64,000 bases of DNA from Vulcanimicrobiota bacterium (GTDB lineage Bacteria; Vulcanimicrobiota; Vulcanimicrobiia; Vulcanimicrobiales; Vulcanimicrobiaceae), in assembly GCA_963795855.1 (NCBI GenBank), contig CAWCIZ010000001.1:416001-480000 (forward strand). The letters run 5' to 3'. Below, one piece after another: positions 20,446-31,169 of the stretch; positions within the stretch are counted from its first letter, which is position 1, and each line of letters begins with the position of its first letter. A program made the position numbers and the translations under genes. A model generated the notes under the pieces. The model made no database searches, was not told the DNA's origin, and saw only the letters and a list, made by a program, of their open reading frames with translations.

Positions 20446-22011
20446 ATGTCCGAGACCGCGCAACAGGAACCACTGGTCAAGGAGATCCCGCCGAAGGCGG
20501 CCGATCTTTCCGCTTGGTACACCGCCGTTTGCCTCAAAGCCGAGCTCGTCTCGTACGCGCCCGTTCGCGGCTGCGTGGTGCTGCGGCCGTATGGTTTCGG
20601 TCTCTGGGAAAATCTGCAAAAACATCTGGACGAACGATTCAAAGCGACCGGACACGAGAACGCGTATTTTCCGCTGCTGATTCCGGAGAGCTTGCTCACG
20701 AAGGAAGCGCAGCACGTCGAGGGCTTTGCGCCGGAAGTCGCATGGGTTACCGAAGGCGGCCAGGAGAAGCTCGAAGAGCGGCTCGCGATCCGTCCCACCT
20801 CGGAAGTGATCATCGGCGTGATGTACGCCAAGTGGATTCAATCGCATCGCGATTTGCCGGTGCTCATCAATCAATGGGCAAACGTGGTTCGCTGGGAAAA
20901 AGCGACGCGGCCGTTTCTGCGCACGATGGAGTTTTTGTGGCAAGAGGGCCACACCGCTCACGCATCCGCGCAAGAAGCGCGCGCCGAGACGGAGCAGATG
21001 CTCTCAGTCTACAAAGACTTTGCCGAAAACGTCGCCGCGGTTCCGGTCTACGCCGGCGTAAAAAGCGCCAGCGAACGTTTTCCCGGTGCAGTGGAAACGT
21101 ATTCGATCGAGGCGCTCATGCCGGACGGCAAAGCGCTCCAGTCCGCCACCTCGCACGATTTGGGACAGAACTTCAGCAAAGCGTACGACATCACGTTCGT
21201 CGACGCCGACCAGCAGATGAAACACGTGTACACGACGTCCTGGGGCATGTCGTGGCGCATGCTCGGAGCGATGATCATGGTGCACGGCGACGATCGCGGC
21301 TTGCGCCTTCCTCCGAGGATGGCGCCGATCGAGGCCGTGATCGTTCCGATCGTTCGCAGCGACACGACCGCCACCGTAGAAAGGGCGCACGAGCTCGCGA
21401 AGGTGCTGCGCGAGCAGGGATACCGCGTGCGCGTCGACGATCGCGATCGCTCGCCGGGATGGAAGTACAGCGAGTGGGAGATGCGCGGCGTTCCCGTGCG
21501 CATCGAGATCGGACCGCGCGACTTGGAAAGCTCGGCGGCAACGGTCGTGCGGCGCGACAAGCAGAAAGGCGAGGAGGGTGCGAAGGCGTCGGTGGCGTTC
21601 GCGGAACTCTCGTCTCGTCTGCGCCAAGTGCTCGACGAGGTGCACGTGTCGCTATACGAACAAGCCAAGGCGTTTCTCGAGTCGCACACGTTCCGCGTCA
21701 CCCGCCGGGAAGAATTTCTGGACAAGTGCCGCAGCCGCGCCGGTATGATCGATATCGCGTGGTGCGGCAGACCCGAATGCGAAGCGGAAGTGAAAGGCGC
21801 GACGAGCGCGACGACGCGCAACATGCGTCCGCTGGAACGCGCCGGAGCGATTTGCGTGGCGTGCGGCGAGCCGGCGAAAGTAAACGCGTATTTTGCTCAA
21901 AGCTCATCAGCGCGCTCTTCCTCGTCTCGCAGATGCTGTTTCCGACGGCGCGACCGGGGGTCCGCACGAGCGACGCGTATGCGCGCGCGTCGGGAAACGA
22001 AAAAGCCGTAG
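20446..22011 (+). CDS. proS: proline--tRNA ligase (archaeal/eukaryote-like type); homology ends near 21905 and the 3' end looks damaged
   Basis: EGFAPEV, RPTSE, QWANVVRWE, FLRTMEFLWQEGHT, SWGMSWR, C-terminal Zn cysteines. Expected terminal Y-stop is absent. Confidence 0.95.
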   Translation: MSETAQQEPLVKEIPPKAADLSAWYTAVCLKAELVSYAPVRGCVVLRPYGFGLWENLQKHLDERFKATGHENAYFPLLIPESLLTKEAQHVEGFAPEVAWVTEGGQEKLEERLAIRPTSEVIIGVMYAKWIQSHRDLPVLINQWANVVRWEKATRPFLRTMEFLWQEGHTAHASAQEARAETEQMLSVYKDFAENVAAVPVYAGVKSASERFPGAVETYSIEALMPDGKALQSATSHDLGQNFSKAYDITFVDADQQMKHVYTTSWGMSWRMLGAMIMVHGDDRGLRLPPRMAPIEAVIVPIVRSDTTATVERAHELAKVLREQGYRVRVDDRDRSPGWKYSEWEMRGVPVRIEIGPRDLESSAATVVRRDKQKGEEGAKASVAFAELSSRLRQVLDEVHVSLYEQAKAFLESHTFRVTRREEFLDKCRSRAGMIDIAWCGRPECEAEVKGATSATTRNMRPLERAGAICVACGEPAKVNAYFAQSSSARSSSSRRCCFRRRDRGSARATRMRARRETKKP

Positions 22012-22418
22012 CCGTGAAAATCGGGCGCGCGCTTTTCGCGACCACGTGGCCGGCGCAGGTGCTCAACGTGTATGCCGACGGCATTCCGCAGCACGAGATT
22101 GCCGGGCTGCACGTATCCGGCGTGCACTTTCATCATCCGCTCACCAACGCGCAGTTCACCGCCGAGATCGCGGATCTCGTCGAGCGCGCCTTCGCCGCCG
22201 CACCCGTCGAAGAAGTCGACGTGTGGGCCAGCGTGCCGCTCAGCGTGGGCAAGGGCATCGTCGTTTCCGGCGATCTGGCCAAACCGACGTTTCGGACCGT
22301 CTTTACGCTGACAGTGCGGCGCGGTGAGAGCACCGCATCCATGATCGCGCGAATGCGGCAAGGGCACGGCGTGTTCTGGGACCAGGAGTGGAAGCAAACC
22401 GCTTTTAAAGTAGGCTGA
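21900..22418 (+). CDS. hypothetical protein (start lost or uncertain)
   Basis: Coding-like frame KLISALFLVSQMLF...WKQTAFKVG filling the proS-M16 gap; stop is 3 nt before the next ATG. Confidence 0.6.
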   Translation, partial: KLISALFLVSQMLFPTARPGVRTSDAYARASGNEKAVAVKIGRALFATTWPAQVLNVYADGIPQHEIAGLHVSGVHFHHPLTNAQFTAEIADLVERAFAAAPVEEVDVWASVPLSVGKGIVVSGDLAKPTFRTVFTLTVRRGESTASMIARMRQGHGVFWDQEWKQTAFKVG

Positions 22419-22421
22419 CGA

Positions 22422-23678
22422 ATGTATCGAAAGACGATCCTCGGCAACGGCGTGCGCGTGGTCACCGAATCGATGCCCGCGTTCCGTTCGGCATCGCTCG
22501 GCATTTGGGCCGACGTAGGATCCGCCGCCGAAGAATCCGAGTGCCGGGGCGTTTCGCATCTGGTCGAGCACATGCTTTTCAAAGGCACCGATAAGCGAAC
22601 GGCGCGCCAGATTGCCGAAGAAATGGACGGCGTGGGCGGCAATTTGAACGCGTTCACCGACAAAGAAACGACGTGCTATTACGCCAAGGTGATGGACCAG
22701 CACGTTCCGCTCGCAGTCGACGTGCTCACCGACATGTTCCTGAACTCGCGTTTCGAGCCGAAGGAATTATCCAAAGAGCAGAAAGTGGTCCTCGAAGAAA
22801 TCAAGATGTACGAGGACTCGCCGGACGAACTCATCCACGATCTCTTCATCCAAACGATGTGGCAGGGCAGCGATCTCGGCGCGCCCACCATCGGTTTCGC
22901 CGACACGGTCAGCGCCTTGACGCCGAACGATCTGCGGGCGCACATGCGCAAGCACTATGCGCCGAATTCCGTCGTGGTCGCGGCCGCGGGCAACGTCGAT
23001 CACGACCGTATCGTCGAAATTTTCGAAAAGGCGTTTGCCGGATTTACCGGCCGGTGCGATTTGCCGGTTCCCGAAACGCCGCAGACGACGCCCAACCGGC
23101 TGTTTCGGCATAAAGACAGCGAACAAGCCTACGTGGTTCTGGGCACGCGCGGCCTTTCCGTCTGCGACGATCGCCGCTACGTGCTTTCGGTGATGGACAC
23201 GATACTCGGCGGCGGCATGTCCAGCCGGCTGTTCCAGGAGATTCGCGAAAAACGCGGACTCGTGTACACCGTGTATTCGTTTCAGGCGGCGTATCGCGGC
23301 GCGGGCCTTTTTGCGGTTTACGCCGGCACGTCGCCCGAGAACGTTCCCGAATGCGTCTCGGTCGTCTGCGATCAATTCGCGCAGCTTCGCGAACAGCCGG
23401 TCAGCGACGGCGAACTGCGGCTCGCGAAAGAACATATCAAAGGCAGTCTGACGCTCTCGCTGGAGAGCACGTCGAGCCGCATGATTCGCCTCGGACGCAG
23501 CGAGTTTTCGCTCGGGCGGCAACTGACGACCGAAGAGATAGAAGAGCGCGTCGAAGCGGTAACTGCGTCGGAGATTCAAACGCTCGCGCAAGAGTTGCTC
23601 GCGGAAGAATCGATGGGCCTTTGCGTGCTCGGCCCGGTGGACGAAGCGTCCGTCGAATGGAATAGAAGCGCTGCATAG
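22422..23678 (+). CDS. M16 (pitrilysin-family) peptidase
   Basis: HLVEH inverted zinc motif, NAFTDKE, SSRLFQEIREKRGL. Confidence 0.93.
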   Translation: MYRKTILGNGVRVVTESMPAFRSASLGIWADVGSAAEESECRGVSHLVEHMLFKGTDKRTARQIAEEMDGVGGNLNAFTDKETTCYYAKVMDQHVPLAVDVLTDMFLNSRFEPKELSKEQKVVLEEIKMYEDSPDELIHDLFIQTMWQGSDLGAPTIGFADTVSALTPNDLRAHMRKHYAPNSVVVAAAGNVDHDRIVEIFEKAFAGFTGRCDLPVPETPQTTPNRLFRHKDSEQAYVVLGTRGLSVCDDRRYVLSVMDTILGGGMSSRLFQEIREKRGLVYTVYSFQAAYRGAGLFAVYAGTSPENVPECVSVVCDQFAQLREQPVSDGELRLAKEHIKGSLTLSLESTSSRMIRLGRSEFSLGRQLTTEEIEERVEAVTASEIQTLAQELLAEESMGLCVLGPVDEASVEWNRSAA

Positions 23679-23733
23679 CTCGCCTCACGGCACTCTCGGC
23701 GCGCCGTTCTGGTCGTGGGAACTCATCGGCGCA

Positions 23734-24567
23734 ATGGCTATCACGTTCGTCGTGCAGGGCGTCACGATCGGCGCCTATGCCGCGCGCCTGGCGGGCGTGC
23801 TCACCGAACGTATTGCAACCTCCATCTCGCTCTTCAATTTGTTCGTCACGTTCGGCCGGCTCGCGAACCTGTTTTCGAGCATCACGCTGGGGCCCCTGAC
23901 GGACCACGCGTCGGAGCGAGCGGCGAATTACACGGCCGCGAACGATACCGCTGCGCTCGCCTCGCTGCACGGCACGGTGCTCTGGCAACTGCGCCTCATC
24001 GTCTTCGCGGGAACGCTCGGCATGATCGCGTTCTCGCTGATGCTGCCGTGGTTCATCTATCTGTTTCAGCGGGGCGTGCGCTCTTTCGAGCGGCGCGGCT
24101 CGATCCCGCACTCGCTTTTCCGGCTCGCGGACCCCGGCGTGATGCGGGAAGTCATCTTTTCCTACCGCACTCCGAGCGGACAGCGGCTGCGATCGTTTTC
24201 CGCCGGCGCGCTGCCGAAGCGCATGCTCGTCTTCAACGTCGTGATCTATGCCGTCTACTCGATAGGCGTCGTTTCTTCGTACTACGCTAGTTTGCTCGAT
24301 CTTTCGGCCGCGCGCACCGCGCTGAGCCTGTCCGGCATCGTGAACGGCATCGGCACGATCGCCTTCACGCTCTTCGTCGATCCGACCGCGTCGCTGATCA
24401 CCGACGAGGCAGTCCGCGGCAGCCGTCCAATAGAACACGTACGGTCGATGGTGTTTTACCTGGCGCTTACGGCAATCATCGGAACGCTGCTCTCGCAAGT
24501 AATTCTGTGGCCGGCCGCAAAGTTCATCGAAATCGTCGCTCACTTCTTTACGCACATTCGTCAATGA
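23734..24567 (+). CDS. amj: Amj/DUF2837-family lipid II flippase-like membrane protein
   Basis: AYAARLAGV..RIATSISLFN..RLAN and LSGIVNGIGTI..FVDP..TD match my recollection of the Amj family. Confidence 0.7.
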   Translation: MAITFVVQGVTIGAYAARLAGVLTERIATSISLFNLFVTFGRLANLFSSITLGPLTDHASERAANYTAANDTAALASLHGTVLWQLRLIVFAGTLGMIAFSLMLPWFIYLFQRGVRSFERRGSIPHSLFRLADPGVMREVIFSYRTPSGQRLRSFSAGALPKRMLVFNVVIYAVYSIGVVSSYYASLLDLSAARTALSLSGIVNGIGTIAFTLFVDPTASLITDEAVRGSRPIEHVRSMVFYLALTAIIGTLLSQVILWPAAKFIEIVAHFFTHIRQ

Positions 24568-25235
24568 AACAGCATGTGAAACGTCTGCGTCCCGTCTTGC
24601 TCGCCATCCCGCTGCTCCTGTTGTCGACGGGCTGCGCGGGAACCGTCGAACATTGGATCGTCAACACGCGCGTCAATCAGGGCGACGTCGCGCTCGCCCG
24701 CGGAAATCTGCACGACGCGGAGATAGCCTACCGCCTCGCGCTCCGCGTAAGCCCGCACGATGCGCGCGCGCGAACCGGCTTTGCACGCGTATCGGCGGAC
24801 ATCGCGGAAGCCGCTTTTCACAAAGGCGATTTCGACGACGCGACGGCTACAATCGACGAAGCGCAGAAGTACGATCCGCAGAACGTGCGGCTTCAGGGAC
24901 TACGATCGCAGCTCGAGGACGCGCACCTCAAGCGCGAGATCGTCATTTCGAATTATCCGACTTACGAAGGCGCCGGTCTGCAGATCCAAAGCGCGTACCG
25001 CACGCTGAACGTCCAGAACAAAGCGATTCTCACGAGCCTGAAGCGCTTCAATTACACGTACGACACGCAAGATTTGACCAAAGCGATTCAGGACTCTTAC
25101 GAACTGCAGCTGGACGTCGCAAAGACGACGAACCGGCTCATTGCGTACCGCCAGCTGGTCGAGTCGGGCGTCCCGGGAACCGAACAAGCCACGCAAACCA
25201 CGGCGCCCGGCGGGTCGTTACTTCCGCTGCCGTAG
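24564..25235 (+). CDS. TPR-containing lipoprotein
   Basis: Lipobox STGC; TPR-like helices (GDVALARGNLHDAEIAYRLAL). Confidence 0.7.
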   Translation: MKQHVKRLRPVLLAIPLLLLSTGCAGTVEHWIVNTRVNQGDVALARGNLHDAEIAYRLALRVSPHDARARTGFARVSADIAEAAFHKGDFDDATATIDEAQKYDPQNVRLQGLRSQLEDAHLKREIVISNYPTYEGAGLQIQSAYRTLNVQNKAILTSLKRFNYTYDTQDLTKAIQDSYELQLDVAKTTNRLIAYRQLVESGVPGTEQATQTTAPGGSLLPLP

Positions 25236-26836
25236 ACGGTTTTCGCACAACCCGCGTGCGTCGAGCCACCCGCGCGCTTTGCCCGCTTTTTCCGCGTCGC
25301 GGAACGAACGCCACGCCTGCTCCGCCCCGGGTTTCACCATCGCTGGATCCGTGACGTAGACCGGCCACGGCGCACGCGCATCGATCACCGGAAAACGCTG
25401 CATCCAAGCGCACAGCTCGACGTTGCGATCGAAGCGGTTCTTTTCGATGTCGATGAAGTACCGCGCGCCCTTGCGAATCGCGCTCTGCTCGTCGAAGGTC
25501 GTCCACAGATATGGGTCCTCTTCCCAGCCGTACCGCCCGATGTAGTACAGCACTGAGGGATCGTAATGGCCCATGACGATCAGCGCACCCGGCGCAAGCG
25601 TGCGATCGAGCGCAACGGCGTCGCGGTAGACCTGTTTGCTGTAGTGGTAGTACGGGCCCACGATCTGGCGGTTCTGATAGACGACGGCGGCCACTCCCGC
25701 AACGCCGAGCACAGCCGCCGCATATTTGATCGTGCGATCGAGCGCGCTGCCCGCGAGCGCGCCGATGAGCCGTTCGAGAAATGCGGCTCCCGTCAGCGCT
25801 GCGAGCGGCAGCAGCAGAAACATGTAGTAATCGACGCGTTCGACCGTGACGACGGCGTACGTGTAAACGAGCCCGCCCGCCACCCACGCCCACAGCAGCG
25901 TGCGCGAGCGCGTCGCCGCCGGCATGAAGAAGAAACCCAGTACGGCGAGCGCGGTGATGGCCGGCCCGATCATGAGCTGCGCGAGCATGCCGAGTACGAC
26001 GCGGAATTGCGTGAATTTCGCGTGCAGCGCCGCTGCGCTGGTAAACGAACCGCGCAGCGCTGGCAATACGTGCAGCCGCGTGATTCCGGAAGCCCAATGC
26101 CATTCCGCATGCGCCGCAACCGCGCGATCGTACCCGTACAGCAGTGCGAGCGGTATGACGATCAACGCCGCAATCGCCGGCCAGCGGAAGGTCCGGCCGG
26201 AGCGCGCGCGCTCCACGATGAGCGCACCGATGGGTACCAGGCCTGCGAGGGAAACGGGCTTTGCAAGAAACGCCAGCGCAAGCAGCGCGGTTGCGCGGCC
26301 GACGACGCGCGCGGTCCATCGTTCGTCGTCGATCAGCAGTCGCGCGATGACGTAGAGCGCCGCGGTGAGAAAGAAGACCATCGTTGCGTCGGGCATGAAC
26401 GTTCGCCCGTAGTACACGCTGCCCGGCATGACGGCATAGAGCAGCGCGGCGAGGAGCCCGGCGATTTCGCTTGCAAAGAGCCATCGCCCGAAACCGGCGA
26501 GCACCGCTATCGTCCCGAGGCTGAATGCGATCGTGACGAGGCGGCCGATGACTTCGTGCACGCCGGCGACCTTGTAGAGCGCAGCGGCGATGAGCGGGAC
26601 GATCTGCAGTTCGAGCTCGACGTAATTCGGCGGCGGGCCGTCGTAGTTCGTCTGCGGATAGAGCGGGTTGAACCGGAGTCCGCAAAGTTTTTCGCGATCG
26701 ATGCCGTGTCGCCCTGACGCCAGCCGGGATGATCGAGAAGCGGATCGTGAATGCCTTTGAGCCGCAGCGCAAGCCCGAGCACGAGAATCGCCGCCAGCGC
26801 GATGCGACCGATCAGGCGGCGTCTTTGAACGTCCAA
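25218..26836 (-). CDS. GT-C glycosyltransferase (ArnT/PMT, family 39-like); one frameshift near 26682
   Basis: N-part WRQGDTASIAKNF joins the C-part LRFNPLYP..GRTFMPD..LAK in another frame. Confidence 0.8.
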
Positions 26837-27207
26837 TATTTATTGAGGAAGAAGTTGACGAAGATGCCCGCGGCGGTAGCCGCTGCCCATGTGAACGAGA
26901 AGTGATTGCCGAACGGGCGCCACCAATAGAACACTTCGCCGACGAGCAGCGAGATCGCGGAAACGAAGAGGAACTGAATACTTTCGAGCGCGGCATTGGC
27001 GCTGGAGCGAAACGTCCACACGCGATTGAGATACCAGTTCGACACGCCGCCCGCCAAATAACCGACGGCGAAATCGCCCGCCCATGGGAAGCCGGGAGCG
27101 CCCTTTTGCATGCCGTGCGACACCACGAAGTTCACGACCAGTCCGGTCGCGCCGACGACGCCGAACTTCACGAATTGCCGGACGCCGCGGCTCTGCGTGA
27201 TGTTCAC
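26812..27207 (-). CDS. GtrA-family membrane protein
   Basis: QFVKFGVVG, NRVWTF, NFFLNKYWTF. Confidence 0.9.
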   Translation of the reverse strand: MNITQSRGVRQFVKFGVVGATGLVVNFVVSHGMQKGAPGFPWAGDFAVGYLAGGVSNWYLNRVWTFRSSANAALESIQFLFVSAISLLVGEVFYWWRPFGNHFSFTWAAATAAGIFVNFFLNKYWTFKDAA

Positions 27208-28770
27208 TTATCCGACCCAGTACCAGTCCGCGAAAAGGACCGTGAACAGGCCGAGCAACGGCAAGAAGAACGCAACGATCGCGTTGTTCACGGACGGGCG
27301 TCTTCCCCACAGCGCGAGAATTGCGAACATCGGAAACAGGACGAGCGCGAAACGCTGCATGCTCATCAGGCTGGACGTCGACATCGGCACGAGAATCGAC
27401 AGCGCCATGTAGGCTATGTACGAAGCCTTGAGCCTGCGCCATCCGCCGATCAGCACGCCGACCATCAACGCGGTGAACGTAAGTTCGATTGCCTGATTCG
27501 CAATCGTCTGCCCGCTGGTCGCATTCGCGATCTTGTGCCACGTGCTCAGAAGTGAAGTCCACGGTGCCGCCAAATGCCGGTTCCAATTGATCTGTACGTG
27601 CGAGAAGTAGAGCGGGTCGCCGCGCAGCACCCAGAGATACGCCATATAGAGCAGCAACCCGATGAAAACGAGCACGATGGGGAGCAGCTCGACGAGCGCG
27701 CCCGTGAGTTCCTTGCGTCGCTGCGGATCCGCCGCTCGACGCAGCACCGTCCAATTCGCGGTCGCCCACTCGATCGCGAACGGCACCGCGAGCAGCACGC
27801 CTTCGACGCGCGTGAGCGCTGCAAACAGGCCGATGCTTCCGGCAAGCCACCAGCGCCGCTCGCGCATGTAGTAAAACGACGTCACCGTCAGCATCAGAAA
27901 CAGCGATTCGGTATACACGGCGGAGAAGAACACGGCGGTCGGAAAGATCGAAATGTAGAAGATCGCGCGCCGCGCGACGCCCCGGTCGAATTCGTGCTCG
28001 ACGAGTTTGTACAGATACAGCAGCGCGAAAAACAAGGCGACGTTCGAGACGATCAGTCCCGCGACAAGGTGATTGCCGATCAGCGAGCCGAGCGCCGCGA
28101 TGAGCAGCGGGTACAGCGGGAAGAACGCCATGTCCGTCCCGTGATAGCCGTTCGTGGCGATGTCGATGTAGTGCACCGCATCCCATCGTCCCCATACCGC
28201 GAGCAGCAGGTTGCGCGATTCTTGATAATGCTCGCCCGGACGCTGCCCCACGATGACCGCGGCGAGTTCCGCAACCACGATGATTGCAAAGCGGGAGAGG
28301 ATATAGTCGACGCTCACTTCGCGCACGGTCAGATTGAAGCGCGCCGCGACGAACCACTTCACGAGGCAAAATAACGCGAAGCAGTAGACGAAAAGCCGCA
28401 CTCCGCCGTGCGTGAACCCGAGCGGCAGCACGAACGCGAGCCATAGCAAGACGAATGCCAGCCATGCGACGGCGTCGTATTGCAGCGAACGCTGATACAG
28501 GACGCCGGCGCGCGCTGCAAAGTATCGGCCGTATGCGAGCCACGCCCACACGCTCAGCGCCGGCCCTACAACGAGCGCGAGCGGCAACGCGGTTTGCACG
28601 AGCGTCGGGCGATGCGTCGGCAACGCTGCGGTGTACCAGAAGAAGAAGCCGACCGAGAGCCCGGCGGCGATGACGGCCGCGAGTGGCGCCCACCCCGCTG
28701 CGAAAAGCGAATCGGCAACGCCGATTCGAATGCGCGCGTGCGGGTGAGTCTCTTCCAGGTGGGCGGACAC
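27208..28770 (-). CDS. PIG-V-like mannosyltransferase (GT-C)
   Basis: WGRWDAVHYIDIA..GY, AFFPLYP, VYTESLF, R..LVLFP. Confidence 0.85.
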   Translation of the reverse strand: MSAHLEETHPHARIRIGVADSLFAAGWAPLAAVIAAGLSVGFFFWYTAALPTHRPTLVQTALPLALVVGPALSVWAWLAYGRYFAARAGVLYQRSLQYDAVAWLAFVLLWLAFVLPLGFTHGGVRLFVYCFALFCLVKWFVAARFNLTVREVSVDYILSRFAIIVVAELAAVIVGQRPGEHYQESRNLLLAVWGRWDAVHYIDIATNGYHGTDMAFFPLYPLLIAALGSLIGNHLVAGLIVSNVALFFALLYLYKLVEHEFDRGVARRAIFYISIFPTAVFFSAVYTESLFLMLTVTSFYYMRERRWWLAGSIGLFAALTRVEGVLLAVPFAIEWATANWTVLRRAADPQRRKELTGALVELLPIVLVFIGLLLYMAYLWVLRGDPLYFSHVQINWNRHLAAPWTSLLSTWHKIANATSGQTIANQAIELTFTALMVGVLIGGWRRLKASYIAYMALSILVPMSTSSLMSMQRFALVLFPMFAILALWGRRPSVNNAIVAFFLPLLGLFTVLFADWYWVG

Positions 28771-28839
28771 GAGGAAGCACAGTTAAAGGAATCATTCGGG
28801 ATACCTTGTAGGTGCTAGGCACCATGGCGACGTCTTTGC

Positions 28840-30267
28840 GTGACGATGCAGCGTAAGAAACACGATGTGGTAGTCGTCGGCGCCGGCTCCGGCGGCTTTG
28901 CGGCGGCGCGGACCGCGCGCGATTTGAATGCCGACGTAGCGCTGGTCGATCACGGACCGCTGGGCGGCCTGTGCATTCTGCGGGGCTGCATGCCGAGCAA
29001 AACGCTCATCGCCTCGAGCGACGCGGCGTACGACATGCGCGAGGCCGCCGAACTCGGCGTGCACGCGGGGCAGGTCACGATCGACTTTCCGCACATCATG
29101 CGGCGCAAGCACGAACTCATCAAAGGCTTTGCCGACTATCGCATCGAGGGAATCGAAAAGTTTCCGCTCTACGAAGGGCAAGCGCGCTTTCTTTCGAGCC
29201 GCGAACTGCAGGTCGGCAACGACGTGGTTTTGGAAGCGGAGCGCTTCATCGTCGGTACGGGCAGCGTCGTCGCGCCGGCGAGCGCGGTGCACGGGCTGAC
29301 CGACGTGGGATACATCGACAGCGACGGCGCGCTGGAAATGCAGTCGCTCCCGGAGTCGCTGATCGTGCTCGGCGGCGGATACATCGGCTGCGAACTGGGC
29401 CAGTTTTTTTCGCGCATGGGCGTCAAGACGAGCATCGTGCTGCGTTCGCCGCATCTGCTTTCGGGAGAAGATCACGACGTCGGCGAAGCGCTGACGGAGT
29501 ATTTGATCGGTGAAGGCATCGACGTGCACACTCACACGCAGATTTGCGGTGTGACCAAACGCGAAGGTAAGAAGGTCGTGCACGTGATCCGCGGGAGGCG
29601 TCGACGGCGAAATTGCAGCCGACGAACTCTTGTATTGTTTGGGGCGAGTGCCGAACATCGCGGGCCTGGATCTCGAAAAAGCCGGCGTGGACGCGCATCC
29701 CATTAGCGGCATCGTGACCGACGACACGATGCGCACGACCAGCCCGAACATCTACGCAATCGGCGACGTCGCCGCGAAGCACATGCTCGTGCACGTCGCG
29801 ATCTACGAGGGGGAAGTTGCGGCGCGCAACGCGGTAACGGACGCCGGAGAAAAAGCGGTGTACGACCTCGTGAAAACGCACACCGTTTTTAGCGATCCGC
29901 AAGTGGCCATCGTGGGCGAAACCGAACGCGCGCTGCAGAGCAAGGGCATCGCGTACGTCAAAGGCACGTACGATTTTGCCGAGCACGGAAAAGCGATGTG
30001 TTTGAACAAGACCAAGGGCTTCGTGAAGATGCTCGCATCGGCGGAGAACGGCAAGATTTGGGAGCTGCAGTGCTCGGCGCGCACGGTTCGGACCTGATTC
30101 ACGAAGTGATCGTCGCCATGTACTTCGGTTCGACGGTCGACCAGTTCATGACCATACCGCATTTGCATCCCACCATGGCGGAGATTTGGACCTATCCGGC
30201 TGAGGAGTGCGCCGAGAAGCTCGCTATGGCGGGTCCGGGGCAGATTCATCCGGAAGTCGCGATGTAG
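28840..30267 (+). CDS. pyridine nucleotide-disulfide oxidoreductase (dihydrolipoamide dehydrogenase-like); two frameshifts (near 29594 and 30058)
   Basis: GAGSGG, GGLCILRGCMPSK redox disulfide, GGGYIG, YAIGD, HPTMAE, spread over three frames. Confidence 0.85.
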
Positions 30268-31169
30268 ATGCAGCAGCACGTGCGCGTAGCAATCGTCCAA
30301 ACCAAACCGCGCAAAGGCCGGTACGCGGAGAATCTGGACGAAGTACGCGACATCTTCGCGCAGCTCGCCGCGGAGCCGGCGCCGGAACTGATCGTCTTTC
30401 CCGAAGCTGCGCTGACGGGCTATTTTCTCGAAGGCGCCGTCTACGAACTCGCGCGTCCCGCGGAAGCCTTCGCAGCCGATCTGGCCCAAGCGTGGAAAGC
30501 CGCCGCCGGCAGAAAGCGGGTGGACCTCGTCTGCGGATTTTTCGAGAACGCCAGCGGCACGTATTACAACAGTGCGCTGTACTTGGAGTGCGAAGGCGGC
30601 GAACATCGCATCGCACACGTGCACCGCAAGATGTTCCTGCCGACGTACGGCGTTTTCGACGAAGAGCGCTTTCTCTCACGCGGGCGCCGGCTGCAAGTGT
30701 TCGGCACGCAGTTCGGAACGATCGCGCTCCTGATCTGCGAAGACGTGTGGCACGCGCTCATGCCGACCATCGCGGCGATAAAGGGCGCGCACCTTCTGAT
30801 CGTTCCGAGCGCGCACCGGGCCGCGGCATCGAAGAGGACGACGAACTCGGAAGCATCGGCCGCTGGCGCGAAATTCTTCATGCAACGGCTGCCGAGCACG
30901 GCGTTTACATCTTGTACGCGGGCCTCGCGGGTTTCGAAGGCGGAAAAGGCATGACCGGATCGTCGCGCGTCGTCGACCCGCACGGACGCACGCTCGTGCA
31001 CGCTCCGGCGCTCGGCGCGCAAATCATTCGCGCCACGCTCGACATGCGCGAGATCGATTTGGCGCGTGCGCGCCTGCCGCTGCTGGGCGATCTGAGCGCG
31101 GTGCTTCCCGACCTGCTGCTGGACGATGAATTGCCGATTCCGCGGGGTACTCATGCTTCCGGTCGTTGA
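30268..31169 (+). CDS. nitrilase-family amidase, probable glutaminase subunit of NAD synthetase; frameshift near 30813
   Basis: E-K-C triad: FPEAALTGY, HRKMFLPTYGVFDEERF, ICEDVW. Overlaps nadE. Confidence 0.85.

Noticed and set aside
28840..30267. Mercuric reductase
   Set aside because: No C-terminal Cys-Cys pair or mer genes; it keeps the Lpd-type HPTxxE motif.
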